Source: Desulfovibrionaceae bacterium
Lineage (GTDB): Bacteria; Desulfobacterota; Desulfovibrionia; Desulfovibrionales; Desulfovibrionaceae
Assembly (NCBI GenBank): GCA_963665185.2
Contig: CAXXPO010000006.1
Location: 14,156 to 78,155 of the forward strand
Length of the DNA: 64,000 bases
Reading direction: 5' to 3'
A program made the translations under genes and the position numbers. Positions within the stretch are counted from its first letter, which is position 1. Each line of letters opens with the position of its first letter. The notes beneath the pieces were generated by a model. It searched no databases. It was not told the origin of the DNA and was given only the letters and a program-made list of their open reading frames with translations. Positions 1 to 9,047 of the stretch are shown one piece after another.

Positions 1-1245
1 GGTGAAGGAGTGAGTGGCAGCCCGGTTGATGAAACGGGTGAAGGGATCTTCGTCCCGCGCGGAATCTCCAGCGCCCTCCGGACTCTGCGGCGCGTCCCAC
101 TGCCGGGCCGTGGAGGCGATGGAGTGCAACGCTCCCTCCAGGGCAGGCGTGGCTTCGGGTTGCCCCTCCTTTGTCTGGCACTGACAGGACGCGGCCTGCC
201 CCAGACGGATAAGCCCGCCGTCCAGACTCTGCAAGAACCTTGCGCTGAAGGAGCAAAGCGAATGTTCGCATCCCGGCGGCACAAAATGCTCTGCCCGGAC
301 CATGCCGTCTGTCTGAACTTCCAGCCCGGCCATAATTTCCGGCAAGGTCAGCCGGGCATCCACTGCAGGCGACTCAGGGTAACGCCCGAAAAAGCTCATG
401 GGCTGAAAATGCACTCCGCGCACACCGGGCATATTGTCCAAAGCAAAACGCAAAATATCGCCCAGCTGGTCGTCGTTGACCCCGCGCCGCAAGGTGGGCA
501 CAAGCACCACGCCTACCTGGGCATCGATCAGACGGCGCACGGCCTGCACTTTTTCCGCCCAAAGGCTCCGCCCCCGGATGATCCGGTAAACCGCATCGTT
601 CACGCCGTCGAACTGAAAAAACGCAGAGGACAATCCAGCTTCAGCCAAACGCATGGCATATTCCGGCTCCTGAGCCATGCGCAGACCGTTGGTGTTGACC
701 TGGATAAAGGTGAATCCAACCTCACGGGCCATGGCGATAATTTCCGGCAGATCGTCGCGGACGGTCGGTTCGCCCCCGGAAAGTTGCAGGTTGCAACCGC
801 CTGTGGCCCGCATGGCCGCTTCCAGCTGAAAACGCAGGGTTTCCAGAGCGGGGTCTGAATTTTTGGACGCTTTGTCTCCGCTGGAAGCAAAACAAACCGG
901 ACAGCCGAGATTGCACCGGGCTGTAATTTCAACAAGCGCGGTACAGGTACGCTGATTGTGCTCCGGGCACAGGCCGCAGGCAAAGGGACAGGCCGCACCA
1001 TTACTCGTCTGGGTGGGCGGCTTGTGGGCGATTTTAGGGCGCGACCAGGACATGATGTCCGGCTCGCCCCGCCAGAACAGCGCTTCGAACCTGCCGTGAT
1101 CCGGGCAGGTCTTGATCAGAAAAACATCGGTTCCCCTCCGTACACGATTTGCGGGGATACGGTTCAGGCAAACCGGACAAACGCTTTCGGTTCGTCCCAG
1201 GACTTCTTCAGAAAAGACATTTGAGATCGGCAATTCAGAATCCAT
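1..1245 (-). CDS. radical SAM enzyme with N-terminal Cys-rich zinc-ribbon region; 3' end lies beyond window start
   Basis: Absent from the ORF track because it has no in-window stop. My reverse translation from ATG 1245 reads MDSELPISNVFSEEVLGRTESVCPVCLNRIPANRV..CPDHGRF..ACPFACGLCPEHNQRTCTALVEITARCNLGCPVCFASSG..LQLSGGEPTVRDDLPEII. It has the canonical CxxxCxxC (CNLGCPVC) and a GGEP motif. I checked every codon from 1245 to 1 in this frame and found no stop. The start overlaps the upstream stop by 11 nt. Confidence 0.88.
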   Translation of the reverse strand, partial: MDSELPISNVFSEEVLGRTESVCPVCLNRIPANRVRRGTDVFLIKTCPDHGRFEALFWRGEPDIMSWSRPKIAHKPPTQTSNGAACPFACGLCPEHNQRTCTALVEITARCNLGCPVCFASSGDKASKNSDPALETLRFQLEAAMRATGGCNLQLSGGEPTVRDDLPEIIAMAREVGFTFIQVNTNGLRMAQEPEYAMRLAEAGLSSAFFQFDGVNDAVYRIIRGRSLWAEKVQAVRRLIDAQVGVVLVPTLRRGVNDDQLGDILRFALDNMPGVRGVHFQPMSFFGRYPESPAVDARLTLPEIMAGLEVQTDGMVRAEHFVPPGCEHSLCSFSARFLQSLDGGLIRLGQAASCQCQTKEGQPEATPALEGALHSIASTARQWDAPQSPEGAGDSARDEDPFTRFINRAATHSFT

Positions 1246-1699
1246 TTGCGTCGCTACTTTCCCTGGACTGGGTGGGATCGATACCATGGGAGGTGAGGAT
1301 TTCCAGCACCTTGCCGTAGGTTTCCCCCACGATGTTTCCACAAACCTGCATGTCCGGCGCACCGTCGCCCACGATGCTGGCACAGTCCGTTCCGCCGTGC
1401 ACCGCGCCCACGAACTCGTCGAACCAATCGGACAATTCGGAAAGCATCAGGGCAAAGACATCGTCTTCCCTCTCCTCGTCCGTGCCTTTACCTGCATAAA
1501 GCCCCAAAAGGCAGGCTCCTCCGGTCAATGCGCCGCAGCTTCCGCCACGAGCGCCCACACCGTGGCACAGTCCGCCCATTGCACGGACCAGACCGGGGTT
1601 TTCCTCACCCTGCGCATCCAGTCCCATGCGCAGAATGATCTGACTGCAACAATATCCCCTGCCCCCGTGGGACAGCACATCCATCAGATAATCGCTCAT
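1235..1699 (-). CDS. C_GCAxxG_C_C family protein
   Basis: 154-aa ORF with YCCSQ and GGSCGALTGGACLLG motifs and later conserved Cys residues typical of this family. Tightly packed within the operon. Confidence 0.85.
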   Translation of the reverse strand: MSDYLMDVLSHGGRGYCCSQIILRMGLDAQGEENPGLVRAMGGLCHGVGARGGSCGALTGGACLLGLYAGKGTDEEREDDVFALMLSELSDWFDEFVGAVHGGTDCASIVGDGAPDMQVCGNIVGETYGKVLEILTSHGIDPTQSRESSDANGF

Positions 1700-1713
1700 G
1701 CTCTCTCCTCACC

Positions 1714-2451
1714 TCATATCGGGGTGGCCACGGCAAGATACAGACCCGGCATTTGTTTTTTTGCCGTACACACGGCCTGCTCCGCGGCTTGGCGTCCTCC
1801 GGGCCCCTGCCCGGTGACGGTTTCCCAAAAACCTTCCAGGCTACCATGTTCAAAAACCAGCCGGGCCGCCGTTTCCTTGAGCAACCGGGTGTGGTCCTCC
1901 ACATGAAGCACACGAAATCCGGCATCTTCAAAAAGAACACGCATATCTTCCAACCGCCGCGCCCTGGCAAAACAGCTCGTCACAGGCCAATCCGGTTCCC
2001 GCCCGCGACGCACGAAAATGTCCGAAACCACCAGCCACCCCCCCGAAGAGAGCATCCGGTGAAACTCCCCAAGCACGGAGGCCGGATCCTGCGCAAGGTT
2101 CAAGGCACATTCGCACAGCACCATATCCAAAGCCCGGGAACGAATGGGAAGACCGTCCAGACTGGCACGGATCAGAGGAAACCCCGCATTGCGGGCCTGT
2201 TCCAAAAGATCCGTGGCAAGATCCAGCCCCATGGCCCGCGTGAAGCCCTGCGATCTCAGATATTCAAGCGTCCCGCCCGGCCCACAGCCCGCATCAAGGA
2301 TTCGCCAATCCAAATTGAGGGAGTCGGCCGCGCCGTTCACAAGTTCCAATGCCCGACGGGTCAGGTCCAGCCCGCCGGGACGCAGGCACGCTCCAAGAGA
2401 CGCACGCACGGAATCCGCCGCGTACAGCGGAACATGCAAGGCCGTAGGCAC
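1714..2451 (-). CDS. class I SAM-dependent methyltransferase
   Basis: LDAGCGPGGT glycine-rich SAM loop, DMVLCECAL, GGWLVVSD. I moved the start from 2538 to GTG 2451: GGAGG lies 7 nt upstream and the GTG overlaps the TAG stop of the upstream gene (TAGTG). Confidence 0.85.
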   Translation of the reverse strand: MPTALHVPLYAADSVRASLGACLRPGGLDLTRRALELVNGAADSLNLDWRILDAGCGPGGTLEYLRSQGFTRAMGLDLATDLLEQARNAGFPLIRASLDGLPIRSRALDMVLCECALNLAQDPASVLGEFHRMLSSGGWLVVSDIFVRRGREPDWPVTSCFARARRLEDMRVLFEDAGFRVLHVEDHTRLLKETAARLVFEHGSLEGFWETVTGQGPGGRQAAEQAVCTAKKQMPGLYLAVATPI

Positions 2452-2663
2452 TATTTGTCCTCCAGCAACCGCTCCACCTCCAACATACGGCCCATGGCCA
2501 CCTCCTCGGGTACCAAAGGCAGGCCGCACTTGGGACAAACCAGAAGTTCCACGTTGAACACACTGCCCAGATAGGTGATCTCCACGCCTTTGGGCTCCAA
2601 GGGCATGTCACAGCAGGCGCATTTCCAGTCCGATCCGTCGTCGGGAATAAATCGCAGGCTCAT
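2451..2663 (-). CDS. small double-CxxC zinc-ribbon/redox-type protein (70 aa)
   Basis: MSLRFIPDDGSDWKCACCDMP...LLVCPKCGLP. The start lies 1 nt after the upstream stop codon. Position and size match what I recall as the DVU_1557-type small protein, but this is unverified. Confidence 0.7.
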   Translation of the reverse strand: MSLRFIPDDGSDWKCACCDMPLEPKGVEITYLGSVFNVELLVCPKCGLPLVPEEVAMGRMLEVERLLEDK

Positions 2664-2664
2664 A

Positions 2665-4974
2665 TCACACCCCCTCCACTTTCATGCGGTGGCTCCATGC
2701 CCTGAAAATCCGGTAGGAATCGCCTTCCTTCGCATATTCCAGCCAATAGGTGACCTCGCCCAGCCGGGCGCAGACCACCCTCCTGTCGTCGGAATGGCGA
2801 AATCCCCGCCCGCTCGGTTCCGCTGTATGCAAGGTGCGGCGCAGGTCGTCGTCCAAAATACGCCGTTCTTCCAATTGCTCCCGCACTTCCGGAGCGGCCA
2901 ACAAACTGATGCCGTCCCATGGCCGGACCGGGGCATGCTCCCCACCCTCTTGTCCTGCCCACAGGTCGGCCATATTCCGGCGCAGACGCGCCCTGCCCTC
3001 GCGCCGCCCATTAAGTCCGGCAACAGACGCGGCAGCCGGGTCAGGCTTTTCCGGATCGGGAAAAAGCAAATCCAGAAGGTGCACGGCCCGCTTGCCCGTA
3101 CCGGCCAGACGATCGCGGCACATGGCGCAGTAGGCCAGAAAGTCGTTTTCGCTCTGTCCTGCCCGACGGGAAATGACCTCCCGGGCAAGCTTCGGATTGG
3201 CGTTCTCCTGCAACCCCCCAAAACCGCAACATTCAGTCATATCACCGTTGTGAGGCAGGTCGTCCACGGGTTGTTCCAAACGTTTGAGGATGTTGCGCAC
3301 GGCTTGGCGCACGGCAGGCGCATTCCGGGTGGTGCAGGGGTCGGTCACGGCCAGGGGCATATTCTCAAAGGATGTACAGTTCTCCGGCAGTCCATGGGCA
3401 TCCAAGACTTCCCACAGGGAAGTGGCCTGGAACTCGGGACAGTGTTCACCGAAAACAGACAGACAACTGGAACAGGCGGTCACTATGCGCGGCCTGCCCA
3501 GTTCGTTCCAGGCAGTACGCAATTTGTCCAGCACTGCATCAAACTCCTGTTCGCGCCCGGCCCAGTGCGCCGGAATACCGCAGCAGGCAAGAAAAATCCC
3601 CACTCCGGCTTGTCCTTCGGAAAGCACCCCGCGCAGGTATTCCCACGAGGCCAGCACCTTGTCCGGTCCCATGCCAGCCAACTGGCAACCGGGAAAAAAC
3701 AACCACCCGCTGGTTCTGGTACCAGGTGCATGCCGGGCAAGAAAATAGGCCTCGTCCAAACTGGTGTTCATTTCCGTAAGCGCAAAATCATGGGCCGAAG
3801 GCGGCATGCGGTTTTCCGCCACCATACCCCGGCGCGAGGTCAGACAGAGTTCGGCCATGGAAAAGTCTTCCGGGCACACAGCTTCGCACAATCCGCACAG
3901 ACTGCACGAATTGATCATGGTATTGGACTGGTGCGTGCCTTTGACAATGGCCTCGTTGTTGTACATCTGCCGCGCATAAACCTTAGGATACGCCTTGAAA
4001 TGCTCCAGATACGCGCAGGACTTCACGCACTCCATGCACTCACACTGTATGCAACGGGCCGCTTCCGCACGAGACTGCCCTTCGTTGCACATAGCAACCT
4101 GCTGCAAGGCCGGATCCTGCCGGACCAGGGGAACACCTTGCAGTGAGGTGAAAAGCCGGGTTTCAAACGGTCCTTCGCGACGACGCTCTGCGGTCAGGGA
4201 CGCGCCCTGCATAAGCCTGTCCATGGAAGTGGCGGCCCGACGGCCATCGGCCACGTCGTCAATGAAACGCCGCACTCCCGACTGACCGGAAAACCCACCG
4301 ATAAAGACACGCTCCCTGGTCCAGGCCAAGGTCATGGGGTCTGCCGCGTCGGCCTCCAGACGAAGGTCCTTTTCCATCTCCGCATCCTGGGAAATATACG
4401 CCGTGTCGTAACTGCGGATGTCCAGAAGTTCGCTGTCGAGCCTGTCCACCGATTCAAATTCCACCCCCAAGCCCTTGAGCAGGGAAAGGTCCTGGTCCAG
4501 AACCGCGGCAGGCAGTCTTTCTTCCGGCATTTCCCGCAACCAGCCGCCAATCTGTCCGGGCAGATGGAGCACAGTTACAGAGTAACCTTTCTTGCCCAGA
4601 TCGAAGGCCACGCACAAACCGCTGGGGGCAGCGCCAACCACCAGGGCATTCTTTCCCCGGGCAGGAAGACGCAAGGGTTTGCCCACACGAGGCGCCATAT
4701 TCACGCAGGTGCGCTCCAGCAGGCCCACGGCTATGGCCCCACCCAAAGGTTTACGCAAACAGGCATCCTGGCAAGGGGCTTCGCACAACCGGGCACTTAT
4801 CCCGGCCAAAGGAAGGGTTGCTTCAAGGACCTTGCGAGCCTTGGCGGCATTTCCCTCGGCCATGGCCCGAAGAAAAGACCGCACATCCACATGAAGAGGA
4901 CAGGCGGCCCGGCAGGCCGGTGGTTCGTCCTGGATGCACTTGGCTTCCCAGGCCCGTAATTGCTTCTGATCCAT
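2665..4974 (-). CDS. fusion flavoprotein: GltD-like FAD/NAD(P) oxidoreductase + 2x[4Fe-4S] ferredoxin + HdrD/GlpC-like CCG domains
   Basis: CRAACPLH and VVGAAPSGLCVAFDL (dinucleotide fold); CIQCECMECVKSC and CSLCGLCEAVCPE (ferredoxin); FFPGCQL and ECCGFGG (CCG domains). Start set at ATG 4974 (MDQKQL), preceded by AAGGAG. Confidence 0.85.
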   Translation of the reverse strand: MDQKQLRAWEAKCIQDEPPACRAACPLHVDVRSFLRAMAEGNAAKARKVLEATLPLAGISARLCEAPCQDACLRKPLGGAIAVGLLERTCVNMAPRVGKPLRLPARGKNALVVGAAPSGLCVAFDLGKKGYSVTVLHLPGQIGGWLREMPEERLPAAVLDQDLSLLKGLGVEFESVDRLDSELLDIRSYDTAYISQDAEMEKDLRLEADAADPMTLAWTRERVFIGGFSGQSGVRRFIDDVADGRRAATSMDRLMQGASLTAERRREGPFETRLFTSLQGVPLVRQDPALQQVAMCNEGQSRAEAARCIQCECMECVKSCAYLEHFKAYPKVYARQMYNNEAIVKGTHQSNTMINSCSLCGLCEAVCPEDFSMAELCLTSRRGMVAENRMPPSAHDFALTEMNTSLDEAYFLARHAPGTRTSGWLFFPGCQLAGMGPDKVLASWEYLRGVLSEGQAGVGIFLACCGIPAHWAGREQEFDAVLDKLRTAWNELGRPRIVTACSSCLSVFGEHCPEFQATSLWEVLDAHGLPENCTSFENMPLAVTDPCTTRNAPAVRQAVRNILKRLEQPVDDLPHNGDMTECCGFGGLQENANPKLAREVISRRAGQSENDFLAYCAMCRDRLAGTGKRAVHLLDLLFPDPEKPDPAAASVAGLNGRREGRARLRRNMADLWAGQEGGEHAPVRPWDGISLLAAPEVREQLEERRILDDDLRRTLHTAEPSGRGFRHSDDRRVVCARLGEVTYWLEYAKEGDSYRIFRAWSHRMKVEGV

Positions 4975-5009
4975 GGCTGCTCCTTGACTGTGTTCCGTGT
5001 TCTCCGAAT

Positions 5010-5046
5010 ACAAAACAAACCCCGGACAACATAACGTTGTCCGGGG
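5010..5046 (-). terminator. intrinsic terminator/attenuator between mop and the flavoprotein gene
   Basis: Perfect 11-bp stem CCCCGGACAAC/GTTGTCCGGGG (5020-5030 and 5036-5046) with a 5-nt loop. On the minus strand it is followed by TTTGTTTTGT. It lies 18 nt after the mop stop. Confidence 0.75.
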
Positions 5047-5063
5047 CGGTTGTGAATGTCAAA

Positions 5064-7793
5064 CTAGATGGACTTCAAACCTTCCAACACCTTTTCCGGC
5101 AATGCGGGCAGCTTCCTGATGCGCACGCCGCAGGCATTGTAGATGGCGTTGATGACCGCCGCATGCGGGCAGGTCAGAGGCAGTTCGCCGACTCCGGAAG
5201 CGCCGTGGGGACCGTCGGGACGCGGTGATTCCACGTACACGATCTCCATGTTGTCCGGGATGTCCTTGGCATAGGGGAAACCTGCCCCCCGCATGGTGGA
5301 ATGCTTCATGATGTCTTCGTAGTCTTCGCTCAGAGCCAGACCGATACCCTGGGCAAGACCACCGTAGATCTGGCCGTCGACCAACAGCCTGTTGGCGATT
5401 TTGCCGATGTCGGCAACCAGGGTCATCTTTTCGACCGTGGTCTTGCCCGTGGCGATTTCCACGGCGACCTCGGACATGAAGATGCCGTACATGTAACAGC
5501 AGAAGGGGCTTCCCTGGCTGTTCTCGTCGCATTCCGTGGCAGGCGCGGTCCACTTGCCATTGTACTTGGTGGGAATTTTCTCCGCAACCATGTCCTTGTA
5601 GGTACGGAAGCTTCCATCGGATTTCCGCATGCCGCCCAGAAGCAGCTCACAGGCCGCCTTGATACCCTGGCCGACCACGACCTGGGAACGGCTGCCGCCG
5701 GCGGGACCGCCGTTGGGGCAGAACTGGGTGTCGTTGAGCACCAGGTGGATCTGCTCGGGCTTCAGCCCCAGAGGACGCAATGTTTCATGGGCCACTGCGA
5801 GCGTACCCATGTCCGCACCCTGACCATGGTCGTGCCAGGTGGTGTACACGGTCACGGTGTTGTCGTCGTGGAGTTCGACATCGGCTTCGGCAGAGTCCGG
5901 ACCGTCCAGCCCGCTGCCGTATACGCCAAGCGAAATGCCGACGCCGCGTTTGACTGCGTCGGTGGAGTTCGCCTTGGCCTTGGCCTTGGCAGCTTCATAC
6001 TTGGGCTTGAGAAGCTCCAACATCTCCGGCAGACTGTAGACTTCCGGGTCCTGGCCCGTAGGTGTGGTGCTGCCCTTGCGGTAGGCGTTCTTCAGGCGCA
6101 GTTCCAGAGGATCCATGCCCAGTTTTTCCGCCAGTTCGTCCATGAGAACTTCCGAGGCGAACTCGGACTGCGGCGAACCGTATCCGCGGAAGGCCGAACC
6201 CCAGGCATGGTTGGTGCAAACCGTGCGGCCGTTGCCCCGGATGTTGGCAATGTCATACCCGGCACCGATGAACTGGGCGCCACGCAGGGTCAGCAGGTCG
6301 CCGAACTCGGAGTAGGGACCGTGGTCGCAGGTCCAGTCCGTTTCCATGCCCTTGATCATCCCGTCCTTGGTTGCGGCCATGCGCACGTTCATGAAGAACG
6401 GCGAACGCTTGCCCGTGTATGTCTGCTGCTGGAACCAGTTGTAGCCCAGGTAGCAGGGACGGCCGGTGGCCATGGCGGCGGCGCCCACCAGGGCTTCCAT
6501 GGTGGGGCTGAACTTGTAGCCGAAGGTGCCGCCCGCAGGGTTCTGCACCATGATGACGTTTTCAGCTTCAATACCCAGGCCCGGAGCGATCATGTACAGG
6601 TGCAGATGCAGGCCGATGGACTTGGAATGGATGACCAGCTTGCCCTCGTCGTTGAAATAGGCAAAGCCTACATCCGGCTCAATGGGCATATGCGGCTGGC
6701 GGCCCACATAGTAATCGCCTTCGGCAACAACCAGGCCGTTGTCGGCGAAAATGGGCTCGGTTTCCTCACCCTTGGCAATGCGCAGTTCATAATAGACGTT
6801 TGGCGTGCCCGGATGGATTTCAATGGCGTCCTCAGCCATGGCGGCCGGGGCGCTCATGTATTCGGGCAGCGGCTCAAGCTCGACTTTGACCTTGGCGGCA
6901 GCGGCTTTGGCATTCTTTTCCGTGTCGGCGCAAACCATGGCGATGGCGTCGCCGAACTGGAAGACCTTCTCATCGCACAGAATGGGGCGATCCCAACCGT
7001 CGCCCTTGTTGGTGGGGAAGGTGATCAGCCCGGTGATCCGGTTTTTGCCCTTGATGTCCTTGTGGGTCACGACCTTGAACACGCCGGGCATTTTTTCCGC
7101 TTCGGAAGTGTCGATGGACAGAATCCTGGCATGGGAAATCTCGGCCTGCACCAAAGCGATGCGCAACGTGTCCGGAGGCAGCTTCAGCCCCAGGTCGGCA
7201 CCATAATCCAGTGTGCCCGTCACCTTGGCCACGGAGGAAGGACGGGGATATTTCGTACCCCAGATGCGGCCGTCTTCGGGAATCTTGAAAGCCAGTTCAT
7301 CCATGCTCATTTCACCGCGCAGCACCTTGGCGGCATCCAGGGTGGCATCGACAAGCTGCTTGTAGCCGGTGCAGCGGCAGGCATTGCGGTGCTTCTGGAA
7401 CCAGTCACGGATGTCTTCGCGGGTGGGGCTGGGATTGCCGTCCAGCAGCGCCTTCACCGAAACGATGAAGCCGGGGGTGCAGAATCCGCACTGCGCACCG
7501 CCGTGGGCAATCCAGGCCATCTGGATGGGATGCAGGTTGTCCGGGGTACCGATGCCTTCGATCGTCACGATTTTCGATCCTTCCTTGAGGCGGGACACCT
7601 TTGTCACGCAGGAACGCACCAGTTTGCCGTCAAGAATCACACTGCACGCACCGCAATGGCCCTCGGCGCAACCGACCTTCACGCCGGTAAGGCCAAGCTG
7701 GTCGCGCAGCACTTCGGAAAGCCGTGCGTCGGCATCGACGATCAGCTTACGTGCCACTCCATTTACCAATACATCTCTTTTAAGCATCGTCAT
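5064..7793 (-). CDS. mop: aldehyde oxidoreductase, xanthine-oxidase family molybdoenzyme with two [2Fe-2S] domains (Mop)
   Basis: Long collinear similarity to the remembered D. gigas MOP sequence: GLTGVKVGCAEGHCGACSVILDGK, HGGAQCGFCTPGFIVS, RNACRCTGYK, GRQPHMPIEPDV, GGTFGYKFSP, ending PEKVLEGLK. Start chosen at ATG 7793, which has AGGAGG 4-5 nt upstream. Confidence 0.95.
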   Translation of the reverse strand: MTMLKRDVLVNGVARKLIVDADARLSEVLRDQLGLTGVKVGCAEGHCGACSVILDGKLVRSCVTKVSRLKEGSKIVTIEGIGTPDNLHPIQMAWIAHGGAQCGFCTPGFIVSVKALLDGNPSPTREDIRDWFQKHRNACRCTGYKQLVDATLDAAKVLRGEMSMDELAFKIPEDGRIWGTKYPRPSSVAKVTGTLDYGADLGLKLPPDTLRIALVQAEISHARILSIDTSEAEKMPGVFKVVTHKDIKGKNRITGLITFPTNKGDGWDRPILCDEKVFQFGDAIAMVCADTEKNAKAAAAKVKVELEPLPEYMSAPAAMAEDAIEIHPGTPNVYYELRIAKGEETEPIFADNGLVVAEGDYYVGRQPHMPIEPDVGFAYFNDEGKLVIHSKSIGLHLHLYMIAPGLGIEAENVIMVQNPAGGTFGYKFSPTMEALVGAAAMATGRPCYLGYNWFQQQTYTGKRSPFFMNVRMAATKDGMIKGMETDWTCDHGPYSEFGDLLTLRGAQFIGAGYDIANIRGNGRTVCTNHAWGSAFRGYGSPQSEFASEVLMDELAEKLGMDPLELRLKNAYRKGSTTPTGQDPEVYSLPEMLELLKPKYEAAKAKAKANSTDAVKRGVGISLGVYGSGLDGPDSAEADVELHDDNTVTVYTTWHDHGQGADMGTLAVAHETLRPLGLKPEQIHLVLNDTQFCPNGGPAGGSRSQVVVGQGIKAACELLLGGMRKSDGSFRTYKDMVAEKIPTKYNGKWTAPATECDENSQGSPFCCYMYGIFMSEVAVEIATGKTTVEKMTLVADIGKIANRLLVDGQIYGGLAQGIGLALSEDYEDIMKHSTMRGAGFPYAKDIPDNMEIVYVESPRPDGPHGASGVGELPLTCPHAAVINAIYNACGVRIRKLPALPEKVLEGLKSI

Positions 7794-7873
7794 TTCCCTC
7801 CTAAGCTTATTGCTTTTGTCGGAACAAAAAATAGCCCCCGACATCGCGTCTGTTCAAAACGGAACACATAACC

Positions 7874-8899
7874 TCACGCTCCCTTGCCGAATCCGCAGGC
7901 CGGATAGCGGCAGGTCGAACAGCTTTCGCAAAAACCGCCATGCCCCAGGGCGACGATGTCCTCCCGGCAAAGACGCTTCCCGGACAGAATACGCGGAACA
8001 ATCAGATCGAACACGCTGGCCCGAAAATACATGACGCAACCGGGCAGCCCGAGCACCGGAGTACCGCCCAGGTAGGCCAGCATGAACATGGCTCCGGGCA
8101 AAATGGGTGCACCGTATGCAACGACCTCCGCCCCGGACGCCCGTATGCTGGCCGGAGTCTGGTCGTCCGGGTCCACGGACATGCCGCCCGTGAGCACGAT
8201 CATGCCCACACCGCGTTCTTTGAAATCGTGAATGGCGGCCACGGTGGCGGCCGGATCGTCGGACACAAAAACCTGATCATGCACCACGCAGCCCAGCTCT
8301 GAAAACTTGCTGCGCAGCACCGGGCCGAAACCATCCTGAATACGGCCTTTGAAAATCTCGCTTCCCGTGGTGATTATCCCTACGGATCGAGCCTTGAGTG
8401 GACGCACTTCAACGAGCGGGGCAGCCTGTTTGCAAATGTGCTCCGCCTGACGGACAGGCGCTTCGCCAATAGCCACGGGAACAACCCGCGTCCCGGCCAG
8501 GGCACGCCCCTTGCGCACGAACTGATTGGTATGGATGGTGGAAAAAACGATATCCGAAATGGAATTTATGGCAAACAGGGCTGCGGCGTTGACACACAGC
8601 AGGCCGTCATGTGTGGCAGTAAGGGTGACTTTTCCCTCGGACGGCGTGGAAAGCGCAATGCCTTGTCCACTCGCGGCCAGAGCAATGCGGTTGGCCGCAT
8701 CGTCCTCGTGCATGAGTCCGTCTTGCAGATCGAAGACGAACAGATGCTCCTTGCCTATGGACAGCAGCATATTGATATCTTCGGCACGAACGACATGTCC
8801 CCGTCTGAAGACCGGTCCTTTGTCTTCTCCCGGAACAATGCGCGTGATGTCATGACCCAAAACTGTCCCAACAGCCTTGCGAACAGGAATAACCCTCAT
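7874..8899 (-). CDS. molybdopterin-binding (MoeA/MoCF-biosynthesis-like) protein with C-terminal Cys cluster
   Basis: 341 aa. GIITTGSEI...LTGGMSVDPDD is a MoCF_biosynth-type core. C-terminus is CESCSTCRYPACGFG. Lies immediately upstream of mop. Confidence 0.75.
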   Translation of the reverse strand: MRVIPVRKAVGTVLGHDITRIVPGEDKGPVFRRGHVVRAEDINMLLSIGKEHLFVFDLQDGLMHEDDAANRIALAASGQGIALSTPSEGKVTLTATHDGLLCVNAAALFAINSISDIVFSTIHTNQFVRKGRALAGTRVVPVAIGEAPVRQAEHICKQAAPLVEVRPLKARSVGIITTGSEIFKGRIQDGFGPVLRSKFSELGCVVHDQVFVSDDPAATVAAIHDFKERGVGMIVLTGGMSVDPDDQTPASIRASGAEVVAYGAPILPGAMFMLAYLGGTPVLGLPGCVMYFRASVFDLIVPRILSGKRLCREDIVALGHGGFCESCSTCRYPACGFGKGA

Positions 8900-9017
8900 T
8901 GTGCGACCCCTGGATGTTGGAGAAGCGCAACAATTTGCAACGGCGATTTCAGTCTGGGCCTGTCCCCTTGTGCCCGGGACTTAAAACATGCCACCTCTGA
9001 CATAAGTCATACGTGGC

Positions 9018-9047
9018 ATACTAAAAAGGATAAAGAGGAATTGTCAA
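9018..9047 (-). promoter_or_regulatory. putative sigma-70 promoter for the Mo cluster
   Basis: Minus strand reads TTGACA (9047-9042), an 18-nt spacer, then TAGTAT (9023-9018). About 115 nt upstream of the 8899 start. Confidence 0.5.

Noticed and set aside
10-858. 282-aa plus-strand ORF at the left edge
   Set aside because: It shares codon boundaries with, and is antisense to, the open radical SAM frame, which carries the canonical CxxxCxxC and GGEP motifs. The plus-strand product is Arg/Gly/Pro-rich and has no motif.
2452-2538. Upstream 29 codons of the methyltransferase ORF, overlapping the zinc-ribbon gene
   Set aside because: GTG 2451 has a GGAGG RBS and forms a TAGTG stop/start overlap. 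The extension is Gly/Ala-rich with no motif.
5301-7871. 856-aa ORF antisense to mop
   Set aside because: This is a stop-codon-poor antisense frame, typical of high-GC DNA. The product is low-complexity (G/A/V/R-rich). The opposite strand encodes an unmistakable Mop.
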